Assembly (NCBI GenBank): GCA_033852075.1
Contig: JAWSVC010000010.1
Location: 105,683-169,682 of the forward strand
Source: Gammaproteobacteria bacterium
GTDB taxonomy: Bacteria; Pseudomonadota; Gammaproteobacteria; QZLD01
Length of the DNA: 64,000 bases
Reading direction: 5' to 3'
Part shown: positions 20,267-30,520 of the stretch, in pieces
Layout: each line of letters starts with the position of its first letter
How positions within the stretch are numbered: position 1 is the stretch's first letter
Program-made: the position numbers and the translations under genes
The notes under the pieces: generated by a model
Told to the model about the DNA's origin: nothing
Seen by the model: the letters and a program-made list of their open reading frames with translations, nothing else
Database searches by the model: none

Positions 20267-20485
20267 TTAGCTCTTTTCCATGGTTTTTAAGCGACGGATC
20301 ATCGCTTCTACACGGCTTTTGGCTTGATTGTTCTTTTCTAATAACGCAGCTCTTTCAGAGTTGAGTGCCTGCTGTGAAGCTCGAAGAGATTTGTTTTCTT
20401 CGGAAAGCTTAGTACATAGCGAAGTTAAAGATTCAACTTTATCTGCAAGTGCTGTTATCTCATTGTCGAATGAATTCTTTTCCAT
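20267..20485 (-). CDS. Small coiled-coil protein (ZapB-like, or the TIGR02449-type protein found upstream of zapA)
   Basis: 72 aa, entirely a heptad coiled coil (LRASQQALNSERAALLEKNNQAKSRVEAMIRRL). Confidence 0.45.
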   Translation of the reverse strand: MEKNSFDNEITALADKVESLTSLCTKLSEENKSLRASQQALNSERAALLEKNNQAKSRVEAMIRRLKTMEKS

Positions 20486-20651
20486 GTCAAAAATATAGCC
20501 CTCATATAAGCACTGGTCAATGATTATTCAGAATAGATATATTAGTCTCATTAAAGTAATATGCTTCTTTTTAGTATTTTCTAAATGATTTGGTCAACGT
20601 TATTAGCAATTATTTTTACAATTAAGATCATAGCATACTTAATGCCTACAA

Positions 20652-21227
20652 ATGGAGAAGTTGATGTTTTCTTTTGAATATCAGGACTATATAGATTTGC
20701 AAGACGTACTTGAAGAGGTTAAGGCCGCGACAGGTCCTTCAGAGGCTCAAGGGATATTGTGCGGAATGATTGTGGCTGATGATGAGGATTCAAAGGCAAA
20801 ATGGATGGCTCAGGTTTTAGATAACGCTGAGCTAAAGGGCGAGGTCGCTAAGCAATGTCTGGTTCTATTAGATGCGTTATACACTAAAACTAAGGAGCAT
20901 ATGGCAGATGAACAGTTTCGACTGGAATTATTATTACCTGATGAGGAGCAGTCAATAAGTGAGCGTGTGACGGCAATCTCTTTTTGGTGTCAGGGGTTTT
21001 TGTATGGCTTGGCTGTTGCTGGAGTAGATCTAAATGCAAAAGATTTACCGGAAGAAGCTATGGAGGTAGTTCGTGATCTTGGTGAAATATCAAAGGCGGA
21101 TGATGAGCTTGAAGATAATGAAGAAAATGAACAGGCTTTATTTGATATAGAGGAATTTGTTCGTATGGGAGTGTTGCTGTTGGCGGAGATCTTTAGGGCT
21201 CCCGATCCTGAGCAGGCAGTGCACTGA
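20652..21227 (+). CDS. ygfB: UPF0149 family protein (YgfB-like)
   Basis: EAQGILCGMIVA aligns with E. coli YgfB, and the protein has an acidic C-terminus. ygfB-pepP adjacency divergent from zapA, as in E. coli. Confidence 0.7.
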   Translation: MEKLMFSFEYQDYIDLQDVLEEVKAATGPSEAQGILCGMIVADDEDSKAKWMAQVLDNAELKGEVAKQCLVLLDALYTKTKEHMADEQFRLELLLPDEEQSISERVTAISFWCQGFLYGLAVAGVDLNAKDLPEEAMEVVRDLGEISKADDELEDNEENEQALFDIEEFVRMGVLLLAEIFRAPDPEQAVH

Positions 21228-21402
21228 TGGATTTATAAGTAGGAAAGCGTCATCATTGATTTGGTCCGGGGACCGGCAAATATAGCAAAGCTAATTTTGC
21301 CGCGTAAAGCGCGCATACTAAATCGGTTTATTAATACTATGGATTAACTTCTTCGTGGGAATGACGAATTTTTGATAAATGGTTTTTGGGATATGGTTAA
21401 AA

Positions 21403-22701
21403 ATGGAATTAAAAGAGTTTAAGGCAAGAAGAAAAGAATTGATGCAGATGGTTGGGGAAGACTCCATCGTAATTATTCCTGCAGCCCCTGAGCGTAAGCG
21501 TAATCGAGATGTTTATCATAGGTATCGGCAAGACAGTGACTTTTTTTATCTGACCGGCTTTGTTGAACCAGAGGCTGTGTTGGTGTTAGTGCCTGGGCGT
21601 GAATATGGAGAGGTGCTTATATTTTGTCGGGAAAAGGATCCGCTTAAAGAAACTTGGGATGGTAGAAGGGTTGGTCTTGAGGCGATTTGTGATTTGTACG
21701 CGATTGATGATTCATTTCCAATAAGTGATATAGATGATATTTTGCCAGGAATTATTGAAGGGCGAAATAAGCTTTATTGTACGATGGGGATAGATTCTGC
21801 TTTTGATCAAAAGGTAATGGTTTGGATAAATCATATTCGTGAAAATTCTCGAAAAGGTATGCATCCGCCGCATGAGATAGTGTCGTTAGAAAACATCCTG
21901 CATGAAATGCGGCTTTATAAAAGTTCGTTTGAAATAAAGATGATGAAGCGTGCTGCCAAACTTTCGGCACAAGCTCATATTCGTGCTATGCGGTTGTGTA
22001 AGCCGGGAATGATGGAATATGAGCTAGATGCAGAGATCGTGCATGAATTTATGAAAAATGGAGCTACTTATGCATATCCGTCAATTATCGGGGGCGGTGA
22101 AAATGGGTGTATTCTGCACTATATTGAGAACAACTCACAGCTTAAGGGTGGTGATCTGGTTTTGATTGATGCTGGAGCAGAATTTGATCATTATGCGGGC
22201 GATATTTCTCGTACCTTTCCTGTTAATGGACGGTTTTCAGCAGAACAAAAGGCGGTATATGAGATAGTGCTGGATGCTCAAATGGCAGCGATTGAAGCCG
22301 CGCAACCAAATAATCACTGGAATCAACCTCATGAAGTGGCAGTTCGCATTATTACTCAAGGTCTTATTGATCTGGGGGTTTTGGATGGTACTGTAGATGA
22401 TCAGATCGAACAAAATGGTTATCAGCAGTTTTTCATGCATCGTACCGGGCATTGGTTGGGTATGGATGTTCATGACGTTGGTGATTACAAGGTTAATGGT
22501 GAATGGCGGATGCTTGAAAAGGGTATGGTTTTGACCATAGAGCCTGGAATATACATAACTCCGGCAAAAACCGTTGATGAAAAATGGTGGAATATCGGAA
22601 TAAGAATTGAGGATAATGTGGTTGTTACTTCGAAAGGTAATGAGGTGATAACGAAAGATGCGCCGAAGACAATATCTGATATCGAAGACTTAATGGGTTA
22701 A
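21403..22701 (+). CDS. pepP: Xaa-Pro aminopeptidase
   Basis: Collinear with E. coli PepP (YRQDSDFFYLTGF, HRTGHWLGMDVHDVG, GIRIEDNVVVT). Start placed at MELKEF. Confidence 0.92.
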   Translation: MELKEFKARRKELMQMVGEDSIVIIPAAPERKRNRDVYHRYRQDSDFFYLTGFVEPEAVLVLVPGREYGEVLIFCREKDPLKETWDGRRVGLEAICDLYAIDDSFPISDIDDILPGIIEGRNKLYCTMGIDSAFDQKVMVWINHIRENSRKGMHPPHEIVSLENILHEMRLYKSSFEIKMMKRAAKLSAQAHIRAMRLCKPGMMEYELDAEIVHEFMKNGATYAYPSIIGGGENGCILHYIENNSQLKGGDLVLIDAGAEFDHYAGDISRTFPVNGRFSAEQKAVYEIVLDAQMAAIEAAQPNNHWNQPHEVAVRIITQGLIDLGVLDGTVDDQIEQNGYQQFFMHRTGHWLGMDVHDVGDYKVNGEWRMLEKGMVLTIEPGIYITPAKTVDEKWWNIGIRIEDNVVVTSKGNEVITKDAPKTISDIEDLMG

Positions 22702-22708
22702 TTCGCGC

Positions 22709-22816
22709 CTATTTCCCCAAATACTGCGTTATATCTCCAGACTTATTCGGGCACATATTTCATATATGCTTCCTCATAAGGCTTCGATATGCCTTGTCTT
22801 TGGGAAAATATTCTGC
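22709..22816. repeat. ~105-bp MITE-like intergenic element, copy A, with imperfect terminal inverted repeats
   Basis: About 80% identical to 33058-33166. Termini TATTTCCCCAAA ... TTTGGGAAAATA are inverted repeats, and there is an internal hairpin AAGGCTTCG..GCCTTG. Confidence 0.55.
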
Positions 22817-22887
22817 GAATTAACTGTGCCCGGGCAGTATGTGCGTTTATTTTTTATAAACCGCGCCTTGATCTTGAAAAAATATCC

Positions 22888-23415
22888 TCAGAATTTTGGA
22901 GCTTTATTTGTAAACATCATCTCAAATCCCGGTAAAAACACCTCTATCAAATCCGCCTTATAATCTGCAATGGCAAGAATCGAGCGTCTGCATAACAGCG
23001 AATTACATTTTTTTATTTCAGGGTTGTCCTGGATCTCTGCTGGAAGCAGCTTGATCTGTGTTAGATATCCAAAATCCATCCTGTCTTTGTGAAATTGCCC
23101 ATGCTCAAGCAGGAAAAAACCAAGTGAACTGTTACCAAGCTGGGTTAGTCTAGGTATTTCCTTAACTAATTCTTGTTGGAAATGGGTTTGTGCGTAAATC
23201 AACGGAGTATCACCATTGTAAATGATTGCTTCGCGACAAAAAACGTTTTGGTTTTCTAGGTAATTATTGCTGATGAGCTTGAATCTTGTGGGGAGCTCCA
23301 GTTTGCCCTGTAAGAATTGGGAAACTGGAGAGGTTTTTTGCAACCAAGAGCAAAAAGATTCGTTCTTGTGGGATATGTTGTTGCTTGTCCATTGGATATT
23401 GTTAAGGTTTATCAA
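22888..23415 (-). CDS. ubiC: Chorismate--pyruvate lyase-like (UbiC family)
   Basis: The C-terminus RSILAIADYKADLIEVFLPG aligns with E. coli UbiC [20 protein letters not shown], and GNSSLGFFLL aligns with GKTPLGRYLF. Similarity is moderate. Confidence 0.55.
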   Translation of the reverse strand: MINLNNIQWTSNNISHKNESFCSWLQKTSPVSQFLQGKLELPTRFKLISNNYLENQNVFCREAIIYNGDTPLIYAQTHFQQELVKEIPRLTQLGNSSLGFFLLEHGQFHKDRMDFGYLTQIKLLPAEIQDNPEIKKCNSLLCRRSILAIADYKADLIEVFLPGFEMMFTNKAPKF

Positions 23416-23446
23416 TTTATTACCGGTAGAAAATTATATAAAGTCA

Positions 23447-23474
23447 CGTCATACCGGCAAATGTCGGTATCCAG
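23447..23474. repeat. REP-like hairpin unit CGTCAT-accggcaaatgtcggt-ATCCAG
   Basis: Same flank and stem architecture as the units at 11479-11574 and 56179-56259. Confidence 0.6.
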
Positions 23475-23803
23475 AAAAAAGCAAAGTTATATTGCTTATT
23501 ATATCGATTAGGCCAATGAAAATAATGCAAAAACAACGACCAGGTCAACTTTCTAAGTGGATGAAGCCTTTATTTTGGACTATATATTTTAAGTTGGATA
23601 CTTTTTTGAGCGCGCTCAATATTATGGAAGATATTGGGTAGGAGTGGAAAAACGCTATGTTTTCAAATTCTTATCATTATGGTGTTTGTTGTGCTGCATT
23701 GTGGTAGTGCTAGGTATTGCATTTTTTCCACTTATCGGGAAAAGGGTTGGACGCATCGGAAAACAGCTGTCGGGTAAATAATAAAGTGCTAATAATAGAT
23801 GAT

Positions 23804-24340
23804 ATGAAAAGTTCAAAAGGTTTTACATTGCTGGAGTTAATGATAACGCTGGCTGTTTCGGCAATTCTAATGTTTGTAGCCGTGCCATCTTTTGTGTCTT
23901 TTATCCGTAATAGTCAGATGACTACACAGGCAAATGCCTTTTTTACAGATTTAAGTCTTACAAAAAGTGAAGCAGTTAAAAGAAATGCCAGAGTTTCCAT
24001 TTGCGCAAGCACTAATGGCACTACATGTTCAGGTAGTACAAACTGGGCAACGGGATGGATTGTGTTTACTGATGCATCTGGTAGTTCCGGGGTGCTGGAT
24101 GATTCTGATGAGTTGCTGCGTACTCATGGTGAGATAAAAGGTGAAGCCACATTTACCTCCGGAGGTGACAGTTACGTTCAATTTACCGCTTCTGGTTATT
24201 CAAGTGCTTATAATGATGCTTCTGCTTCAGAGATTGTATTTACCTTAGACCATCCGAGTTGTAGTGGCGATCAAAAGCGGGTTATCTCTGTCGCTCCGTT
24301 TGGAAGGGTAGAGGTTGAGCGTCAGGCTTGTGGAACCTAA
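23804..24340 (+). CDS. fimU: Type IV minor pilin FimU (GspH-like)
   Basis: Prepilin leader plus MKSSKGFTLLELMITLAVSAILMF. First gene of the fimU-pilVWXY1E-type operon. Start ATG 23804 (in-frame internal Met of the ORF-track ORF). Confidence 0.75.
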   Translation: MKSSKGFTLLELMITLAVSAILMFVAVPSFVSFIRNSQMTTQANAFFTDLSLTKSEAVKRNARVSICASTNGTTCSGSTNWATGWIVFTDASGSSGVLDDSDELLRTHGEIKGEATFTSGGDSYVQFTASGYSSAYNDASASEIVFTLDHPSCSGDQKRVISVAPFGRVEVERQACGT

Positions 24341-24356
24341 GTAAGAGGTTGCTGAT

Positions 24357-24860
24357 ATGAGAATTAATAGATGCAAACAGCAAAATAAGATAGAAAAAGG
24401 TTTCGGGATCCTTGAAATTCTTATTACTGTATTTGTGTTGGCGATAGGTTTGCTTGGAATAGCTTCTTTGCAAACTCTTGGGTTTAGAGCCAGTCAGGGT
24501 GCTTATATGCGTACAATCGCATCATATAAAGCATATGAGATGATCGATAGGATGCGTGCTAATCCCGACGGCATATCTGCCGGTAGCTACAATGCGATTA
24601 CCGGAATACCATCTACATCTGATTGTTCTGCACAGTCTTGTAGTTATTCTGAAATGGCTGTTTATGACGCTAATCAATGGAATTCTGAATTGGCAGAACT
24701 TCTTCCTTCCGGGCAGGGAACAGTTGTTGGCTCTGGTTCGGGTTCAGTATTTCAGGTTGTGGTTAGATGGGATGAAAACAGAGAAGGTGCTACAGGATTA
24801 GGATGTGACCCCGATTCAGATACCGACTTGGTTTGTTTTAGTATTAATGTGCAGTTATAG
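24357..24860 (+). CDS. pilV: Type IV pilus minor pilin PilV
   Basis: KGFGILEILITVFVLAIGLLGIASLQ, the PilV-type N-terminus. Confidence 0.8.
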   Translation: MRINRCKQQNKIEKGFGILEILITVFVLAIGLLGIASLQTLGFRASQGAYMRTIASYKAYEMIDRMRANPDGISAGSYNAITGIPSTSDCSAQSCSYSEMAVYDANQWNSELAELLPSGQGTVVGSGSGSVFQVVVRWDENREGATGLGCDPDSDTDLVCFSINVQL

Positions 24861-24901
24861 GGTGGCTTTCTTTATAAGAGATAAAAAAACAAGAGAAAAA
24901 T

Positions 24902-25942
24902 ATGAATATTAAGGCACAAAGGCAAACAAGGATGGATAAAAGTTATAAATTCCAGGATGGGCAAAAAGGGTTATCGTTAGTGGAACTAATGATTGCCATG
25001 GTGATAGGCCTTATTCTTTTAACCGGTATTTTACAGATTACTATTGCCAATAGTGATAATAGCCGTATGCATGAGCAGATGTCACGTGTGCAAGAAGCAG
25101 GAAGATTTGCGATAGATGTACTTTCTAAAGATATACGTATGGCGGATTTTTGGGGATGCATATCATCGGCAACCAAGCTTACGAATAATCTTGATCCATC
25201 AAGTTCTAGTTTTGCAGGGTTGGAATTTGACCGAGGTGTCGGAGGAGAGGATGGCGCTTCCGGAGGCCCTGACTCAATAACCTTGAGTGGTGCCATTGGT
25301 ACGGGTTTGATAGTTCAGCCACCATATGGACCACAAGCGTCATCTAATGTTAAAGTTCCTGCAGGCAACTCACTGGAACAATTTGATATTGTTGTGTTAA
25401 GCGATTGTCTTGCAGGGGATATCTTTGAGATTGTAAATGCCAACCCTGGTGGCAGTGGCACCGTTGATCACAATACTGGTACGGTTGCCGTAGGCCCTGG
25501 AAATTATAACCCTGATCCTACATGTCCTAGTGGTCATTGCCTTTCAAAAGTCTACCGAGGTGACGCGCAGATCTATGGTTTGCAAAGTCTTACCTATTTT
25601 ATTCAGCAAGCTGCATTTGAGGAGCCTAAATTGGTTCGTAGTTTAAATGGAAATGCTCCGGTTGAATTGGTTTCCGGTATTGAAGATATGCAGCTTGAAT
25701 ATGGTGTCGATACTGATGGCAATAGTGTGGCTGATTACTATAAAACAGCAACTCAGATTACTGCTGCAGGGGAGTGGGAAACTGTTATTACAGTTAAGAT
25801 TTCCCTTTTGGTTCGGGCTAAAGAGGCAATAATGCATGAAGCTCAAACTTATAAATATAATGGGGCAACTGTAACCTCAAATGATCGCCGTTTGAGACGG
25901 GTTTTTACTACCGTAGTTACTATTCGCAACAGGACTAAATAG
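24902..25942 (+). CDS. pilW: Type IV pilus assembly protein PilW
   Basis: QKGLSLVELMIAMVIGLILLTG prepilin N-terminus, 346 aa, operon position. Confidence 0.8.
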   Translation: MNIKAQRQTRMDKSYKFQDGQKGLSLVELMIAMVIGLILLTGILQITIANSDNSRMHEQMSRVQEAGRFAIDVLSKDIRMADFWGCISSATKLTNNLDPSSSSFAGLEFDRGVGGEDGASGGPDSITLSGAIGTGLIVQPPYGPQASSNVKVPAGNSLEQFDIVVLSDCLAGDIFEIVNANPGGSGTVDHNTGTVAVGPGNYNPDPTCPSGHCLSKVYRGDAQIYGLQSLTYFIQQAAFEEPKLVRSLNGNAPVELVSGIEDMQLEYGVDTDGNSVADYYKTATQITAAGEWETVITVKISLLVRAKEAIMHEAQTYKYNGATVTSNDRRLRRVFTTVVTIRNRTK

Positions 25943-25969
25943 AAGCAGAACAATATAAAAGGTGTTCGC

Positions 25970-26509
25970 ATGAAAGCAAAAAGATTAATCAATAAATCAA
26001 GAAGGCAAAAAGGCGCTGTGCTTGTCGTGGGGCTTATTATGCTTTTGATAATGACTCTTCTTGGTATAACTACAATGCATACATCAGTTATTGAAGAGCA
26101 TATGAGCGGTAATTTGCGCGACAAGCAACTTGCCTTTCAGGCAGCAGAATCATGTTTGCGTAATGCAGAGCAATTTCTTGAAACCATTGTTTCTACTTCT
26201 GCTCTTGATGGCAGTGGTGGGCTTTACGGTGTTGATAATGATGAACCGGATATTGACAGTGCTTGGGATGACAGTAATTCCAGAGTATATAGTGGTAGCC
26301 TTAGTGGAATAAGTACCCAGCCAAGATACAGAGTTAAATTGATTGGAGAGTTTGGTACAGATACTGGAGCTATCAATATTGGGCGTTATGGCGAGTTAAA
26401 AGCACAAGAAGGGGTGACAGCCTTTTTGATAACAGTGCGCGGAACTGGCGGAAGTGATAATTCAGTAGTCTATGTGCGTTCATATTACGGGCGCAGAATT
26501 AGTGGTTAG
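25970..26509 (+). CDS. pilX: Type IV pilus minor pilin PilX
   Basis: RRQKGAVLVVGLIMLLIMTLLG. PilX-like length and position. Confidence 0.7.
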   Translation: MKAKRLINKSRRQKGAVLVVGLIMLLIMTLLGITTMHTSVIEEHMSGNLRDKQLAFQAAESCLRNAEQFLETIVSTSALDGSGGLYGVDNDEPDIDSAWDDSNSRVYSGSLSGISTQPRYRVKLIGEFGTDTGAINIGRYGELKAQEGVTAFLITVRGTGGSDNSVVYVRSYYGRRISG

Positions 26510-26559
26510 ATTGATTATTACGATAGTTATTAGGTCAGCATGAATTGAGGAGAAGAGAG

Positions 26560-29500
26560 ATGAATATCTTAAATAAAGCAAAGCTTGGTAAGTTGGCGGC
26601 ACTGCTTTTTGTCTGTGGTACGGCTCCGGCAATTCATGCAGATCCTGGCACACTAGCAGACAGCCCGCTGTTTCTATCAACCTCGGTAGAGCCAAATATT
26701 TTTTGGACAGTTGATGATTCCGGTAGTATGGATTGGGAGGTGCTAAGTAGCACAGGTGTTTCGGGTAGGCCTTATTTGCGTAATACATATTCCAATTTCT
26801 ATATTCTACCAAGCGTTAATAATGATTATGATGCGTATTGGATATCAAATCATAATTATTACCCGTATACCATACCTTCAGAGGCATCTGAGGCAGGAGC
26901 GTGGAAAGCACGTAATAGTACATTCAATGCTCTTTATTATAATCCAGAGATAACTTATGAAGCATGGGCCGGCTCAGATATTTCTGGTAACCCTATGTAT
27001 ATGAATGCGAATGCAGCGGCGGCATTAGTTGATCCAACCAATGCTGGGGCAGGAACTTTAGATCTTACAGCTGATATTACCTATAAAAATTGGAGCTTCT
27101 CTGGAGGTAATTGGTACGATGACACTATCTATCCTGCCCAGTATTATACTTGGACAGACACCGATAACGACGGTGTCGTAGAAGATACAGATGCCCATGC
27201 ATTGATAGAAATTAAAAGTGCAAATGCTCCATTTACAGGCAGTTCTGATAGGTCAGATTGTGTTTCAGCTCCGTCTTGTACCTATGCCGAAGAGATTCAA
27301 AACTTTGCTAACTGGTACCAGTATTACCGCAAAAGAGAATATGCAGGGAAGGCTGCAGTTGGAAATATTGTGCAAGGAAACTCTTCTTCCAGAATGGGAA
27401 TGCAGGTATTCAACGATGGGTTGGTGTCAAATGCAACTAGTATGAGCGTTGCTGCTGATAAGGTTTCTCTACTAAGTAGTGTATATGGGCTTTCTATGCC
27501 ATGTACATCTGGGAATTGCCCTGGAACACCAGCCAGAACCTCTTTAAAAAGTGTTGGCGACCTATTTGAAGGTGCAAGTTCCCCGATATTGGGCTCATCT
27601 ACTGGCGGTACATGTCAGCAAAACTTTAATATCCTGATCACTGATGGTTATTGGAACGGAAGTAGCCCAGGCGTTGGCAATACTGATGGTGGAACAAGTA
27701 ATAGTGACTTTGATGGTGGTTATTATGCAGACTCATATTCAGATACGCTAGCTGATGTGGCTATGCATTATTATGAAAGGGATTTGAAAACAACTTTAGA
27801 TAATAGGGTTCCAACTACTCCAGGAGTGGATGAGGCAGATCATCAACACCTTGTGACCTACGCTGTTGCATTTGGTGTATCAGGGTCTTTAGATCATACA
27901 ACTCAGGACCCATCAGATACAGGGTTTGCTTGGCCAGATCCAGAATCAGGAGATATATACAAAGTAGATGACCTATGGCATACGGCTTATAACGGTAGAG
28001 GCCTTTATCTAAATGCACAAAACCCACAGCAGCTGGTTAGCTCTTTAGAGTCAGCTCTAGAGAATATTGATGACCGGTCCGGGAGTGCTGCAGCGGTAGC
28101 GTTTAATACCAATACTCTATCCACCGGTAGTGCTGTCTTCCTGGTTTTATTTAACTCCAACCGTTGGAGCGGTAGCGTATATAAATATGCACTTGATCCA
28201 TTTACTGGTGCTGTGTCAAACACAGTGACTTGGGAGGCATCTGATGTATTGGATAGTAGGAATCTATCTTCTAATTCGCGGGTGATCATGACCCATAATG
28301 GTACTGATGGTGTTCCTTTTCAGTGGGCAAATATCACAACTGCGCAACAAAATGACCTAAAAACAAATCCCGCAGGCGGAACAGATGCTGATGCGAAGGC
28401 TCAGGCTAGACTAAACTATATTCGCGGTGATAGGACCAATGAGGGGTCAGGTTATAACTTCAGAACCAGGTCCAGTCGTTTAGGTGATATTGTACATTCA
28501 AACCCGGTTTATGTAGGTGAGCCATCAATGGCATGGCCTGACTCCTCGCCATTCCCTGATGCAGATACAACAAAGTATTCCTATTGGAAGTCGCTAAGTG
28601 CAGTTAAAAATAGAGAACCAATGCTCTATGTTGGAGCCAACGATGGCATGATGCATGGTTTTAGAAGTAGCGATGGTGCAGAGATGATGGCATATATCCC
28701 ATCTAATCTGTTCTCTACAGATACCAATGGTGGGTTACATTACCTGACTGATCCAGCTTATCTGCATAGATACTATGTTGATCTGCCTCCAACCGTTACT
28801 GATGCCTATGTTAAGGTTGATGCGGCTGGAGCTGTTGGTTGGAGGACGCTATTGCTTGGTGGTCAACGTGCAGGCGGTAGAGGTATATTTGCAATGGATA
28901 TTACCTATCCAACCAGCTTCTCTGAAGCTAATGCGGCCAATACTGTATTATGGGAGTTTACTAGTTCAGATGATGCTGACCTGGGGTACACCTATAGTGA
29001 GCCAACCGTTGCTTTGATGAATAACGGCAAGTGGGCGGCAATATTTGGTAATGGCTACAATGATAGTGGCAGTGGGGAAGCGCAATTATTCATCGTATAT
29101 CTAGAGGGTGGATTAGACGGTGTATGGACTGCTGGCACTGATTATATGAAGATCACTACAGATAGCGGTTCTACAAGTAATAGAAATGGATTGTCAACCC
29201 CTGCAGTAATTGATGAAGATGGTGATGGCACTGCGGACAGAATATATGCTGGAGATTTGTATGGAGATTTGTGGGCTTTTGATATCTCTGATTCCAGTAC
29301 CGCAAAATGGACGGTTGCACATAAATCAGGAAATACGCTTGTGCCGTTATATGATGGATTAAGTACGCAGCCAATAACTGTTGAACCGGTGGTGACTGAT
29401 CATCCAACAGAATCCGGTTATATGGTTTATTTTGGTACAGGACAATATTTAGTCGATACTGATAAAACCAGTACTGATTCGCAGTCGTTCTATGGTGTTT

Positions 29501-30060
29501 GGGATTCTGGAGCTAAACAGCTTGCGCGTACTGACTTGATAGCTCAAACATTTGAGACCGGGTTTGCCAGTAACGTAAGAGTGTTAACCAATAATACAGT
29601 TAACTATGCAGATGGCGATGATGGGTGGTATATCGATTTGCCTACTACAACAGAGAGGATTGTGGTTAACCCAATACTTCGAGGCGAAACTCTATACTTT
29701 AATACACTAATATCTTCAACAGATCCATGTACCTATGGTGGTAGTGGTTGGCTAATGGGAGTGGATATGATGACTGGTGGCAGGCCTGATGCGGATAATC
29801 TTATCTTTGATGTTAATGGAGATAATATTGTTAATAGTGATGATCTATTAAGCAATGGCGATAGTTCTGTATCTAATGCAGCTGCTGGTGGTATTCAGTA
29901 TGCTGAAGGCATACCTGCTGAATCAGCATTCTTGGGTGACTATCAATATACACCTGGAACTAATACAGATGATGGAAGCGATATCAAGGTGAATAAAGTG
30001 CAAGACCTTGGTGATGGTGAGACTGGAAGGCTATCTTGGGAAGAGATCTCGCTAGACTAG
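26560..30060 (+). CDS. pilY1: Type IV pilus tip adhesin / biogenesis factor PilY1, with an N-terminal vWA-like domain and a C-terminal beta-propeller
   Basis: 1166 aa. It has a signal peptide, a vWA MIDAS motif WTVDDSGSMDWE, and a C-terminal PilY1 propeller with the Ca-binding loop DEDGDGTADRIYAGDLYGDLWAFD. Start ATG 26560 has a GAGGAG ribosome-binding site. The ORF-track TTG at 26545 is less likely. Confidence 0.88.
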   Translation: MNILNKAKLGKLAALLFVCGTAPAIHADPGTLADSPLFLSTSVEPNIFWTVDDSGSMDWEVLSSTGVSGRPYLRNTYSNFYILPSVNNDYDAYWISNHNYYPYTIPSEASEAGAWKARNSTFNALYYNPEITYEAWAGSDISGNPMYMNANAAAALVDPTNAGAGTLDLTADITYKNWSFSGGNWYDDTIYPAQYYTWTDTDNDGVVEDTDAHALIEIKSANAPFTGSSDRSDCVSAPSCTYAEEIQNFANWYQYYRKREYAGKAAVGNIVQGNSSSRMGMQVFNDGLVSNATSMSVAADKVSLLSSVYGLSMPCTSGNCPGTPARTSLKSVGDLFEGASSPILGSSTGGTCQQNFNILITDGYWNGSSPGVGNTDGGTSNSDFDGGYYADSYSDTLADVAMHYYERDLKTTLDNRVPTTPGVDEADHQHLVTYAVAFGVSGSLDHTTQDPSDTGFAWPDPESGDIYKVDDLWHTAYNGRGLYLNAQNPQQLVSSLESALENIDDRSGSAAAVAFNTNTLSTGSAVFLVLFNSNRWSGSVYKYALDPFTGAVSNTVTWEASDVLDSRNLSSNSRVIMTHNGTDGVPFQWANITTAQQNDLKTNPAGGTDADAKAQARLNYIRGDRTNEGSGYNFRTRSSRLGDIVHSNPVYVGEPSMAWPDSSPFPDADTTKYSYWKSLSAVKNREPMLYVGANDGMMHGFRSSDGAEMMAYIPSNLFSTDTNGGLHYLTDPAYLHRYYVDLPPTVTDAYVKVDAAGAVGWRTLLLGGQRAGGRGIFAMDITYPTSFSEANAANTVLWEFTSSDDADLGYTYSEPTVALMNNGKWAAIFGNGYNDSGSGEAQLFIVYLEGGLDGVWTAGTDYMKITTDSGSTSNRNGLSTPAVIDEDGDGTADRIYAGDLYGDLWAFDISDSSTAKWTVAHKSGNTLVPLYDGLSTQPITVEPVVTDHPTESGYMVYFGTGQYLVDTDKTSTDSQSFYGVWDSGAKQLARTDLIAQTFETGFASNVRVLTNNTVNYADGDDGWYIDLPTTTERIVVNPILRGETLYFNTLISSTDPCTYGGSGWLMGVDMMTGGRPDADNLIFDVNGDNIVNSDDLLSNGDSSVSNAAAGGIQYAEGIPAESAFLGDYQYTPGTNTDDGSDIKVNKVQDLGDGETGRLSWEEISLD

Positions 30061-30076
30061 TATAGGAGAAAAGATT

Positions 30077-30520
30077 ATGAAAAGGTTAAGATTAATACAA
30101 GGCTTGTTTATAGCGCTATTTGCTTTCTCTCCAATGCTGGCAAATGCAGAGGTCCCTTCCTGGTATCCGCAAACTGGGTACGATATTAGTGGTGTTGTTG
30201 TGCAGATTGATATTCGTAGTAGGGTAATTTTAATTGAAGATGATCAATTGAAGTTATCAACCAGCGTAAAAGCGCACAGTATTGCTGATGAATTTTATTC
30301 CCTTTCGCAAATAAAAGCTGGCGATTTTATTGGAGTAGATGTTTCTGAGTTATCAGATGGCAGTGTGGAAATTGTAGAAATATGGCTGCTTGATAAGGAG
30401 TCTCAATTGCAGGCGTTTCCAGTGCCTCCGGGAACACCTACAGTTTCTTCTAGTACAAAAAAAGATTCTGAGAAAGGTAATAGCCAGGGATTTGGGGTTA
30501 AAAAACAATGGAGAAAGTAA
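30077..30520 (+). CDS. Secreted small protein in the PilY2 position (hypothetical)
   Basis: 147 aa with a signal peptide (FALFAFSPMLANA). It sits between pilY1 and pilE and has no recognisable similarity. Confidence 0.35.
   Translation: MKRLRLIQGLFIALFAFSPMLANAEVPSWYPQTGYDISGVVVQIDIRSRVILIEDDQLKLSTSVKAHSIADEFYSLSQIKAGDFIGVDVSELSDGSVEIVEIWLLDKESQLQAFPVPPGTPTVSSSTKKDSEKGNSQGFGVKKQWRK

Noticed and set aside
22766-22963. 65-aa ORF (and the similar ORF at 33094-33291)
   Set aside because: Both fall inside the two copies of the MITE-like repeat. The apparent conservation is due to the DNA repeat, not to a protein.
23267-23641. 124-aa and 64-aa plus-strand ORFs
   Set aside because: They are antisense to the ubiC 5' region or lie in the REP-containing spacer, and are A/T-rich with no ribosome-binding site.
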